From Hormiphora californensis (lineage: Eukaryota; Animalia; Ctenophora), in the NCBI GenBank assembly GCA_020137815.1, contig CM035361.1:2604001-2668000 (forward strand): DNA of 64,000 nucleotides, in the 5' to 3' direction. The translations under genes were made by a program, and so were the position numbers. A model generated the notes under the pieces. The model was given only the letters and a program-made list of their open reading frames with translations. It made no database searches and had not been told where the DNA came from. This document shows, in pieces, positions 41,359 to 53,826 of this stretch. How positions within the stretch are numbered: the stretch's first letter is position 1; each line of letters starts with the position of its first letter.

Positions 41359-44300
41359 TAGTGATCAGAGAGGGATATGATGATGAAAAAACCCGGAGAC
41401 GGCAAAGGTGTCAGTTTGACAACAAAAGTGGTCACCTTTCCAGCCAACTAATTTCTTTTAGTTTTTGGCATAATTGATAATATAATACTATGCACAATGC
41501 TATACAGGGACTAATCCAAATACGAAATATATCACACCCTACCTAACTCTGTATTGATTTCCGTCCCGAGGTTCTCTGTTTCAACTGCAATCTGTTCAGT
41601 TCGGTTTAATGCAGCTCTACTTCTCTCTGTAGCACCTTGATTGGAGAGCACCTGTCTCCTGAGATAGAGAGGGATGGGGTGAGATAGATAGGGATGGGGT
41701 GAGATAGATAGAGGGTGAGAGAGGGGATAGAGAAAGAGCGTGACACGATAAAGAATCAAAATTGTCAAGTCAGTTAGTTTAGTTAGTCTAACATTGTGAG
41801 ATCAGTAGAGGGCTGACAGAGGTCTGGGGAGGCCCTCCTAAGGAGAGAGATGGAATAAAGGGAGAGGGCTAGGGGGAGAGGTGAAGGGGACGATTGAAAC
41901 ACTCAGTATTTTTTAAACAGGAGAAATCGATTCATACAAAAAGATGCAAAACAATACAAATTTCCAAAAACACAATTCTCTCCTGTTTACACTTTTTCAT
42001 CTTATTAGCATCATAATTGCCGCAGTATAAAAAGTTTCCACTTCACAAACACACACACTAGGAACTACTCTTCATGGAAAGTCACAGAGGGAACACTTGG
42101 CATGCACTGCAGTCCCCCAGTGCACGCGTTTGTGATGGTCACTATAAAGGGGTCTGCAGCGTAGTCCAAAGTGAATTCTTGATTAGTGTGGTATGTTGCA
42201 CCAAAACAGTAGGGGACTGTGGTATGTGTGGACAGAAAAGCAGCGCTATCCCCCTGTATGTTGAACAGCCATACATACTACACACATGACCAAACATCCC
42301 AACATCAAGTGGATTTCCACTTCGAATCAGGAATTCTCGGTACGTGACTCTCCAATGAGAGGTGTGTGAGATGTGTAGTGGAGAGGTTAAAAACACAATA
42401 CATATAGAGTACCAGGCGCTGTACGTGCGAAGTGGAAACAGCATGTTACACTTGATAGTACTGGTGTTCGCCGATAGGACTCACAGTCTATTCAAGACCT
42501 AACCCCGGCTCGAAAATATTGTCAGATTGGCGAAAATTTCGAGCCGGGATCAAGACAAGGTTTTACCAGTGCAGAACAGTAAGGGGAATCAAATGACATG
42601 TTTCCCTCCCAGAGTTCACGTGTCTAACAGTTAGTGTCACTCTCTCCCACGCACAGTGCCTGATAATAATAATCTACCACTTATTAGTATAAAACCGTAA
42701 TATTATATGTATCCAGATCCAATATTATAGAGCACGTGTCATCAAAACATCTTGTGACGTCACGATCTCAGCACGTGAAAAACACCCTGTGACGTCACGA
42801 TCTCAGTACGTGCAAAACATCTTGTGACGTCACGTCAGAAACACCCTGTGACGTCACGTCAGAAACACTAACGATCCCTGTGACGCCCTCTTATTGTGGG
42901 AGAGCAAATTGGTAATCACAGCAGAACTGCAGTAGTGTTCTAGCTACTATTTTACTCAGCGGGACTTCTCCTTCTTCTCCTTCAAATGTGTGATCAACAC
43001 TATTGTTTAAAAAGTTCTAACCCATTACAAATCCTCTACTACAGATTTCTACCATTCAATAGTTCTACTGTGCAGTAGATGAATAACGTAGTAAATATCT
43101 ATCAACCACTCACTTTCTTTCGATCACTTCTTTCTCTTTCTTTCACTTTCTTCACTGCTCACTTTCTCTGGTAATCATCAACCAGAGCATCATCTTCCTC
43201 TTCCTCATACGCACTGAAGCGTGTCCTTCTTTTTAGCAAATAAATATCACTATATTTACGCACCAATTTCTTGAAACTTATACCGCCGTAAAATACGAGT
43301 TTCTGGAGAGAATCGCTAAACCCAGAGCCCCATTTGGCATACGCTGCAGGCCCCTCTGATAAAGGGGCCTGGAGCGATCCGCCAATTGCCCTATTAGTTA
43401 TTTTCCTAAAATCCGAAACCCCAATTCTTATCTCTCACTGTGTTGTCTCTTATTTCACGGCGGTCAAACTATAAATGTCATTTATGTCAAGAATTGTTTT
43501 CACCAACTTCGACAGCAGACACACGTGACGCTAAACTCGTTGCTAAGGCGAACAGGTTTTCAGGAATTGATGAGTTCTTTCTTGACATAAATGCCATAAA
43601 ATGTATAGAAAAGGTAAACCAAAACAAACACACAAACTATGGACCATGTTCAACATTTCAGGTCAAACACAGTTCACAAGGATCGATTTGTTTTGGTTTA
43701 CCTTGGATAAAATAATTATATATAGCGATACTTATATTAATTAATTAGTATTTATGAATATAATTAGAAGTATAGTAATCAACTGTAAAACAATTTAATG
43801 GAAATTTAAAAAGAGTACTTCTATATATCGTGTGAAAGTATAGATATTATTATTGCGAGACCTCTATCTCTCTCTTTCTCCCATTATTATATGTTACGAA
43901 ACACCATGGACACACTGCTCCTTCATAAAACTCGACACTCAGTATTCGGTAGACACTAGAGACTGGTGGGGGTGTTTCGGGTTAGAGACCGTTTTACTGG
44001 GAGTTAGGTTAAGCTTTCGCGGAAAAACAAGCATAAACCTACAGGAACACGATTCTCTTTCCCTCGCACCCACACCAACGACCCAAAAGTTCAGAATCAA
44101 TCATTTCCCAGGGGACTAACACATGGGGCACACGTACACACATATCGATCATACTGCTTACATACAGAAAAAATACCATGAAAAAAGGGTTTTAAAAAAG
44201 CGAAATTCAAATGGCACGAATAGATATATATATAAAGTTGGTAAAGGATCTCTTTACAATACAGCAGTATTCTCGATACATGACACATGACCACATTATG

Positions 44301-47300
44301 TAGGACTCAGGACTAAAGATGCAGCAAAATTTGGGCCATTTCTCTCACATTTTTGTGTCTCAGTGTAAATATGTGACTGGGTTCGGAGCATAATATATTG
44401 GTGTTCAGTGTGTCTCTCATATTACACTGTTCTCGTGTAAACCCTGTGAAGTTGCATTTTCTAGGAACTTTACCATGCAATAAATTCACGGGTATTCCAG
44501 CTCCATTGTAATCCAACAAAATCTGTTGTTTAGACAGAATTAAGATGGAATTCAGAAGGAGCTTCTAGGGATCGATTTCTCCAATCTTGTTCGGTTTTTT
44601 GGAGAGGACAGAAAACTTTACAATTTTCAATCATAAACATGTCCAAATTGATGAACAATTAATGTTAAAATAAGTCTCTACGAATTCTACTACCCTAAAC
44701 AAAATTATGCAAATATTCCCACTATGAAAAAATCAACCGAAGTAACCATCAGATTTTCTAAAAAATTCATTTTTTTTCTCATTTTTATCTCATTTTTTTA
44801 TGAACCCTTTCGCCACTCAACAGTTCTCTAACCGACATTCTTGAAGCTCTCCAACTCCCTCAGACTTGCCAGGATATCTTCTTCACTGTCTTCATCATCA
44901 TCGTCGTCGTCAACTACATTTCGCATCATTTGAATTCCCTGCTGCTCTGCATTTCTCATCATCATGGCCTGGTGTTGCTCCTTCATAAATTGCTGCTCCT
45001 TCATAAATTGGCCCATTCCTTGCTGCTCCTTCATAAATTGCCCCATTCCTTGTTGCTCCTTCATAATTTGTCCCATTCCTTGTTGCTCCATCATTTGCCC
45101 CATTCCACCCTGTTTCATGATCATACCACCCTGCTGCTGCTGCTGCGGGATGTTATCCTCAGATTTGTGGATTCCCAGCAACTTCAGTAACTCCGTGCTG
45201 GGATCCTCAGTATTTTGCTGTTGCTGTTGCTGTCGGTGAAACTGTTGCTGAATCTGCCGCTGGAACATCTGCTGGAACGCCGCGGGGAGCTGCTGTTGCT
45301 GTTGCGGGGTCATTGGTGAGATAGGACCATGTTGTTGCTGTTGCTGCATCATCGGTTTCTGCTGAGTCAGCTGTTTGATCTGTTGTTCCAGTTGCTTCTG
45401 CAGCTCTGCCGCCTGCTGCTTTTGTTGCATATCAGCCAGGTAGTCCGGAAGATTAGCCGGGAATCCTGTACTTGGGGTAGGAGGGGCTGATGAATTACTG
45501 CTTCCCGGCTGAGACATAATCTGGTCGGTGAAGGAGAGGATGGTCTGAGCAGCACTTCGGAGGTCGGCCAGCTTGTCAAAACCTCCACCACCCTGGTTAT
45601 TATTGGGCCTGGTGTTTGTATTACCCATGGCCTGTCGGGCATTTGCACTGAGGTGTTGAGGGAAAGTAGCCTGAAGGGGCAGAACAGGGGTCCTAACTTT
45701 TCCGGGTCCAATTGCTGTCCTCAGCATGGGGCAATACTTGAGAGTATGGGCGTAATCACCGGTCGCTTTGCAGACTTTACACTCGTAGGCATACAGGATT
45801 GGGCAAACGATCTTTCCCTCTGCCGACATGAGAGTGTGGGTGGTATAAACTGATTCGTCTTCTCGATTGTTCTTGCAGAACTTGCATATCAGCTGAAAGT
45901 AGATAGAACATGGGGTTAGTTTAAAAAAACATAATATGTATATTTTGACATGTTTCCGTCGGGTATGGGCGGTATACAAGCGCGGAATATTATTATTATT
46001 ATTATTATGTATTCGGGGTAGATAACATACATGAGAAAATTTCAAAAAAAAAATTATAAGTCACTGACCTGTTTCTTATGAGATCCCGAAGCAATAGCAT
46101 TTCCACCCCACCGTCCATCTCCGACCATTCCACCGGGTGCCCGGGGGAAACCCCACATGTTACTATCAGCTCCACCCCTTGGTTGGTTTTCAGGTTTTTT
46201 GATACACCTCCAATCTTCAACCTTCTCTTCTTCCTCATCCTCCTCATCTTCCTCAAGAACAGAAGCAGCAGCGAGCTCAAAGTTTTGGGCATCGTAATGG
46301 TCAGGAGCCGCCGCGGCTACAACTCCTCCAGCAGGTTCTTGGTCCTTTATTTGCAGTGCTTTGGTGAATGATGCGGCTATGAAGTTCTCTGAACTGTTGC
46401 TGGAACACTCGCTCTCCGAGTAGTATCCTGGATCTTTGTTTGTAGGAACGGGAGAGGGGACGGAGGAGGGGGAGGAGAGGGATGATGCGATTGCCTCTGC
46501 TGGTGGGGCCAGTGGAGCCCCTACAGCTGGTGCTGCTGCAACCTCACTGGCAGGATATGTCGTGTCAGGTGTCCCAATCGGCTGCTCCGACAGTTTCCGT
46601 GGGTTGAAAATCTGGGCCTCACGGATGACATTGTCTGGTTCGGTTGGTGTTTGTGCGCCGGAAGCCGGAACTTGTGATTCCATCATTACTGGAAGATTAT
46701 GCTGCAAGCCTGTGTTTCCAAGGTTGGGGAAGTAGTCAGGAGAGGAGATAGTTTTGGTGAAGCTAAGAGGATCGGGGGAATCACTGGAAAACCCGAAAGC
46801 GTCACGAGTGGGTCTTGTTGCGAGGGTGCTGGGTCGTCTGAAGCCAGACTCAACTGGGCGTTGGAAGCCAAATGCATCAGTACTTGGTTTCGATGACCGA
46901 TTTAACTCACTTTGGAAGACATCACTGGGTGCAGGTGGGAAGCCAAACGCATCAGACTTTGGCTGGAATCCCTCCATGGAAGAAGATTGATTTGAGAACC
47001 CATCAGGCCTTCTAAACCCAGCCCTTTCAGACGGAAATGTCTTGAATCCGAGCCTCTGAGTGTCTCCACCGAAAGTGTCACCCCCAAAATCAGATGATTT
47101 AAATCCACCTCCGCCAAAACCTTCCGTTTGGGGTTCATTACCAAATCCATCACTCTGCTGCCGGGTGAACCCTCGACCAAAACCACTTTTCCTAACCACA
47201 CCACCAACACCATTATTGGTGAAACCACTCCTCCCTCTCGGTGCACCAAACTCACCAGATTCACCTGCTTTCTGCTCGGACATTCTAAGGAACTCCCGGT

Positions 47301-50240
47301 ACTGGGCTGCTAGTTGAGCGGTAGAACTAGCCGGAACAACAGCAGGGGGATTTGGGGAAGTTATGGCCGTCGAACCGAGACCAGCTGTATTCCATATTGA
47401 ATTTGAGGCGGTGTTTTCTGTGGCCGCCCCACCTCCCCCACCTGCTGAGGGTAATTCAGGAACTTGACTTTCAGGATAAAACATAATGCTACAAAGGAAA
47501 ATAGGGGAGTTAGTAACAAACTTTTTGTTAGTAAAACAGATAATTCTATAGAGGGGGATAAGGAATAAGAGGTGTAAAAGTGGGGAGACCAAGGCACAGG
47601 AGTAATAACACAGAGGGAAATGGGGGGTTGGTTATACAGATGATTTTAAAGAGGGGAATAAGGGATGTATGAGGTTTAAAAGTGGGAATCGGGTAACATG
47701 GCACAGAAAAGAAACCGGGAAACAGATTGCACCAAATTACCGGGGTGTATTGGTGGCGGAGATCAGGTCTCCGATCTGACAATGTTAAACGTCTGTCAGT
47801 ATTTGAGTTTATCAGTATTTGAGTTTAACAGTATTTTGGTATGTCAGTTTTCAGTATGTTTTAGTAAATGGTAGTCTGGTAGTCTATTTATGAGAAGTGA
47901 AGTGATATAAGAGAAGCTCTGTTGTACCTTGTGGTATCTGCAGTTCCAGGTGGACTATCTGTTCCATATCTATGACTATCATCCTCCGCGGTGAAGGATC
48001 TCTTCAACTCAGCTAACTCTGCCTGGAACTCCCGTAACCGGTAGGAAAGCTTGGGTCGCGTCGATAAATCAGCTTTGTCGACCTGTAGCAAAGAGAAACA
48101 GCGGTGTTATCAAACGAAACGTGGGAAGAGGCGATGTAGGTGGAGATTTACAGAAAGGGAGATATAGGTGGAGAGGAAGATAGAAAGATATCGGCGGAGA
48201 AGATAGAAAGATAGAGCGGACGGTGAGCTACTTAGGCGATATTTAGCGTAACTGTCAGGGCACACACCCACACACATCCGCACACATGGTTACAGTTAGA
48301 TCACAATCCACAGTATGTATGTACTGAGTCCCAGTATGTATGTACAAAGACCAGAGTCCACTCTCTATTCTCACATTTTACCAAGTTCATAGTAAGCTCT
48401 ACTCTCATATTTTTGCAAGTTTTACAAAAAATGCAGCAAAAAAGTATTTAAAACTAACCTCGTTCTGCATGTCGTTGAGTGTGCACTGTGCTGCATCCAA
48501 TCTCCTGTGTATATCCTGCACTAGCATCTTTCGAGGTTCTCCTGCGGGGAGTTTTCAAATAACATAACAGGTATTCCCTTAGTGGGTCCGTCTCAGATAA
48601 ATTATTTTATTATTATTATTAAATCTGTTTACAATAATTTGACACTGTCAATATTGCCCTCCTATTTGCGAGGAAAATGGAACTCTCTAGGTCTCTTTCA
48701 CACTTTCTCAGCTGTCAGATCATACAAAAAAAATATAAAATGTCGATTAAAATACTGATTAGATAATGATTAAAATATATTGTAAATTGATTAAATAAGT
48801 TAGTTAAAAATTCACTCCGTGGAGTGCGATTCGTACACAGTGTGTACGTCTCGGGCTGGTCAGTTATACATTTACAATTGATTAGAATATAAACCCATTA
48901 CACAAGCAGTTGATCCCCAAATAAAGATTGTTCTATTACAGCTCTTACTAGCTTTCTAAAGTTCGATTTTACCTGCTTGTCTTTGGAGAAAATTAGTGGA
49001 AGATGGAAGTTCATTTCATAAGAAGATATCACCCTTAGTTCCTCACGGGGCCCTTCCACATCTTTTATCGCAGAACATTCAAACAACTTGTGGAATGTTG
49101 AATCTGGGAGTTGGCCACATTCAAGACAGTTGGGAACTGTAAGTGATCGCTCGTATCTCAGGTAACTGAAGCTGAAGTCTTGAAAACGTAAGGATCTGCC
49201 ATGTACAAAGTCTAAGACCTGAGATGAGTTCTGTCGGGACATGTTTCTTGGAATTATGGGGAAATCCAAAGTGGCCTCTGAGTTGATAAGGTTGGCGAGT
49301 TCTTCTTGAGAGTGAATAAATTATTAAACATTCGAGGAGACTTAGGGAAACAAATTTCATAGCAATAAATATAAAATGGTAATATTTTTGCATTTAGAGA
49401 AAACAGTTTTTCGTGAGGTGTACCCTTTGATCGATGTGGGTGTTGCGTGATATATTCTTCATTTGGCGGCAAAGCCCCCCTCCCGGCATAATTATAATAA
49501 TTGGGTGTTTTATTTCGTAATATAAGGGTTGTCTCTTTCGACGAATGTTCGCACGGGAAATAGTATAAAATTGATGTGTGTTTAGACATCCGATCCTTGT
49601 AATGGGATATTGTGTAAAATACAGTCGGTATTCATTTCGGGGTAAAATATTTCAAACTTATATCAGGGGAAATTTATCCGGTAAATCGGGGTTCTGATAA
49701 ATCAGGGTCTGACTGTTCTACTAGCTGCCCACACGCGGGAGAAATGATGAAAAAGGAGCAAAAAAAAGTGTGTCAAAAGACATTTACCGGAATGATAAAA
49801 AACCAGGTTACTCTATCTTTCTCTATTTCTCTCACTCTTTCTCTCTGCGTCGAAGGGTGCACACAATGTTTCCGGTATACACGCACATTTTCTCAGTTTT
49901 GAGCTCTCTCTCTCACACACTTTTATCACACTCGATATTACTCCTGTAATCTCACAATCACTCCCGTCTCAGTATATCGCTCTTTTTAAAACGCTGACAT
50001 CCTAGAAAATACCGTGAAAATCGGTAGCAAATAGTAAATTATGAGTACAGTATGCCGAAATGTTGTCAATAATGGTGTTAATAAAATAATTATCAAAATT
50101 ACGAGACAGAGGGAAAGTTTCCCTCTGGAAAACTTACGGGATGCATTTGGTAGTTTGTATCTGATTAGATTTCCAATAGCTTTAGAGAGTTCTGCAAAGT
50201 CCCCAGCAGCGTTATCAAACGCCGCTGTTGAGCGAGACAT
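39863..50240 (-). CDS. VTI1: Vti1 Qb-SNARE (VTI1A/B family), 5 exons, 215 aa
   Basis: Exons 50138-50240, 48459-48541, 47928-48082, 41543-41658, 39863-40053 join in phase (1,0,2,1). They encode a Habc region, a SNARE motif (LNRTEQIAVETENLGTEINTELGNQREKL...MGRRAVTNR) and a C-terminal TM anchor. Confidence 0.93.
40255..41475 (+). mobile_element. Helentron/HINE-like non-autonomous element; related end at ~25390-25580 on the minus strand
   Basis: Starts with hairpin TGCGCTGGCAAGCGCA + AAAGGTGACCAC, which recurs inverted near 41428. A ~75-bp inverted repeat (41164-41238 / 41401-41475) brackets a (GA)n run. Confidence 0.55.
44828..47484 (-). CDS. nanos: Nanos (two CCHC zinc knuckles), ~826 aa, two coding exons
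   Basis: Exons 46069-47484 and 44828-45892, phase-0 intron. CKFCKNNREDESVYTTHTLMSAEGKIVCPILYAYECKVCKATGDYAHTLKYCP is the canonical zf-nanos domain. Confidence 0.96.
48600..49290 (-). mobile_element. 5'-truncated non-LTR retrotransposon in Vti1 intron 1
   Basis: ORF end with CLECGQLPDSTFHKLFEC (CxxC-x8-H-x4-C LINE zinc knuckle), then a 3'UTR ending in (TAA)n at ~48600-48623. Confidence 0.7.
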
Positions 50241-50401
50241 TACTAGCTAGAAAATAGGGGTCATAATTAGGAATCAAAATTAATTTTTATTTAGGGAAAA
50301 CGAGAAAATCTGACAGTGATATTCCGGGTTTAGAACGTATGTAAAATGTTACGGTTAAATTCACACAACAACTATTAAAATACAATATCATACAATCCAG
50401 G

Positions 50402-50725
50402 CTAACTCTTTGTCACCATGTGACGCATCAACATACTGTTCAATTTTTCTAATTTTTTGGCATCCTGCCCCTGATCAGACATGAACTTGATGACAAGGGC
50501 GTTGTTGGTCACCTTTAACACCTGAAATAATAGAAGATATCGAAAAGGGGGAACTTTTAAGGTTTCAACAGTACATCAGGATTAAATGAAGTTGAGAAAA
50601 CCCACCATTTTCCCATCGCAGTGTCGGTATTTCATTGTATATTTGAATGCTGATGGTTCATCAAGGTACAACTGCTCTGAGGCAGCGTAAAAATCGTCCC
50701 AGTTATCAAAATAAGACTTTCGCAT
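50402..50725 (-). CDS. SRP9: Signal recognition particle 9 kDa protein, 79 aa, two exons
   Basis: 50606-50725 MRKSYFDNWDDFYAASEQLYLDEPSAFKYTMKYRHCDGKM + 50402-50521 VLKVTNNALVIKFMSDQGQDAKKLEKLNSMLMRHMVTKS*. Matches SRP9 motifs W(D/E)(D/E)F, KYRH.DG and DQAQD.KK.EK. Not in the ORF track. Confidence 0.95.
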
Positions 50726-51822
50726 GGTTGTGAGTGGCACAAAGCAAAAAAAGTAGCAAAAATTTTGGCTCGGATCTTAAAAAATTACCGAACGCGACCG
50801 CGATTTCAAGTTTCAAACTTTTTCTTTTGAAAAAGATGAGCCGCGCGGCTCAATGCAGCGAAGACTTTCTTAAATCGCGCGTTGCGTATTTTGCCGTGCA
50901 GTTATTTTGATAAATTCACACTTGGTGCGCGCTGAAGCTCGAATTCCAAAACACGAAATCCGAACTTTTTTGTAAAAAAGTAAAAATATATCCATTCTCC
51001 ACTCCCCTTGGTCCTCGGCCTGGGGTGCAATCTGCACCACCACTGAGCCCTTCGCTGCATCCTGGACCCTACTTCTTGAGAGTTAGACACCTGATGAAAA
51101 AGGCTGATGCCCTCCACCTGGCTAGCCCCGCAAGCGGTCCGTAGCGCCGGGCCCGGGAGCTTAGCTAATCGCTGATCACACAAACAGAATAATGTCGATA
51201 TAGTTTAGAAAGTGGTTAGTAGTGTGGGGAAGGAACTAATCAATGTTTTACAATTGTAATCCCTGTAACCAATGACCATAGTAAGTGCTGTTTGTAGTTT
51301 TTCTGTTTTCATTGGTTACGAGGAAAGCTTATCTCCAATAAAATATAAATGACAACCTTTGAGGGATTCAAATGAAAGTTTCTACCTCAGTTTACTCGAA
51401 AACAACCCAAACCCCCCTTTTTTTCAAATCATCACCCCATGATACTGAATACTCTACGACCTCAAGACTCGGGGTGGATAATTTGGTTAGTGGAAGGCAC
51501 TGTGTCTAGCAGACGACAGCCGATAGCGCTTCCTTGTTAGACTTGGCACTGTCTCAAATTCCATCCCACCTTCTTTTTTGACTGTGTAATTGGTCCCCGG
51601 TATGATTCCTAATCATGGTGTTTTAATCATTATATCTCAACTATCGATATGTCCAGCTTCATAATTGTTCAACTTTTTACCGCCTCCAACATCAATCGAA
51701 CAGCTGCTGCTCTGAGTGAGGGATGTTAGAAGTTGATGACAGGACACTACTATTGGTCCGGTGTCATGTCACGTGACCAGGCACATGTCTTGAAGGTGTA
51801 CATGTGTGTACATACCCTCTCA

Positions 51823-51902
<80 letters not shown>

Positions 51903-52079
51903 GTCTCCCTCTTATTTAGCATATATAACATCTATCGAGCTGTTCAAAACTTCCTTTTTACACGCGAGTCTGGCGTACCATCCTGATCCACACTGGGTTC
52001 AGTTAATTTGCATAGAGTGCATCTTATTTATCTCTCTCCCACTTCTATCCCTCTATCCCTCTACATGTGTGTACATACC

Positions 52080-52122
<43 letters not shown>

Positions 52123-53718
52123 TCTCTCACTCTCCCCCTCTCTCTCTCACTTCTCTCTCTTTGTCGCCTCTTACTTTCTCTTTCAGCTGTTAAAACTGGC
52201 GATGTCCTCGTCTTCTTTGAGGCCCTGGAGTGTGTTTAAAATATCTGACTTGATTTGGAGCCAATCGTGCACAAGTAGTATTGCGATTAAGAAACAGAGA
52301 TGAGAATGCAGAGAGAGAGAAAGAGAGAGATGAAGAGAGATAAAAGATAGAATTCTGGAGACAGTCTTGATGCATGATGGGTTAGTGTCCTGCATTAGTA
52401 TGTTCCAACTTTAATACTCCTCCCAGCTCGAAGCTACACTTCTTTTTCTGCAGATATAACTTGAATAACTTGTTTTATTTTGATACGTTTTTATACTACA
52501 CTGTATTAGTCATTGAAATTACCACTAAAATTAGTTTTACCATGGTAACATGAATAAAATTCCATTCCCGATTAGCGTGTGAGCGTGTGTATGATCTCAG
52601 TTGTACGGTTTGGAGCGTTATGGGTCACACCCACTTTATTCGGTAAGTTGAATGGATCACACACCCACTTTATTCGGTAAGTTGAATGGGTGACACCAAC
52701 TCTAGCTTGTAACTAAGAGTTGAACTGCTCAGAGGGTCTGAGAGAGTGGGTCGGTGTAACACGCTAAAGTAGGGCGTAGTCTTTTTACAATCTATCGCTA
52801 AATTCAATACTACTGCTTATAATTGTTAATTGTTAATTTCAATATTAATTGAGTGTCTTGCAGGTGTTGATAATTAAATCTGTATTATAATGGATCCTCA
52901 TCAATACATGCAAGGTATAGTATTTAACTTGTTGCCCTCCCCCATCTCTTACTTGACTTACTTGACTTAGGGCGGATTCCGAAGCCAGAGTCCTCCCAGC
53001 CAATTCCCCCATCTCCCCAGTCCTCCATTCCTATTAAGTACACATAACGTATACCGGCACGGGTTATAATGTGGTTTATAATCATGCGCTGACTAACCAC
53101 AAACCAAAACAAGCCCTCCCTAGAACTAGGTTACCCCACCCATTTTACACAATATGTCACCTAACGCTGGTGGTCGAATGTGTAAAATAGATGGAGTATA
53201 CCCTGTCCCCTTGTCTTTCCTACTCACTCACTGTTTTTGTTTTCATTTCATCCTATTTCACCCCTTCTAAAAACAACTGTCTGTCTGTAGAAGTTTCCTG
53301 TTATGTGTTCGCCCTTATGTCACAACACAGATCCTAATATACGTTCCAATGTTTTATAAGTTGTAGGTGAGTCTAAAAGTAAAACATATTCGTATCTCCC
53401 GTATATGACTTTATTGTCCTACAAAATGTGCATTTAAGTGGAATAAAATAACAGGATAGCTTTGTCGCTTTGTATCGTTGTTTATCTCTCCAAGTTATAT
53501 ACAGGCCTTTTACTGATAAAATGTCAGAGGCTGGATCTATATTTTATTTAGTGTACTGTACCAGGGGAGTGTACACAAAAACTTCCCTACACAGTGTAGG
53601 ACAGATCTTTAGTCTGTAATAAAAGTCCTCAGAGAAACTACATTTTCTGAAAACTAGAGGAGATATGTTTATTCGGGAAGGGCATTTGGATAGATTATTC
53701 CTGAGGATTGATCTGTTG

Positions 53719-53826
53719 CAGGAACCGACCGAAACAAGTAAACAACCAATCAGAACTCGTTATTTAGGTCACGTGACTGGTTATCAGCCAATCAGGGACC
53801 AGTATTTCCTAATTCGGTTGATTCTG
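53719..53826 (+). mobile_element. hAT-type MITE, copy 4
   Basis: Same element; degenerate right TIR. Confidence 0.85.

Noticed and set aside
51085-51130. CTGATGA hammerhead or box C-like motif
   Set aside because: No stem II + GAAA, and no convincing terminal stem.
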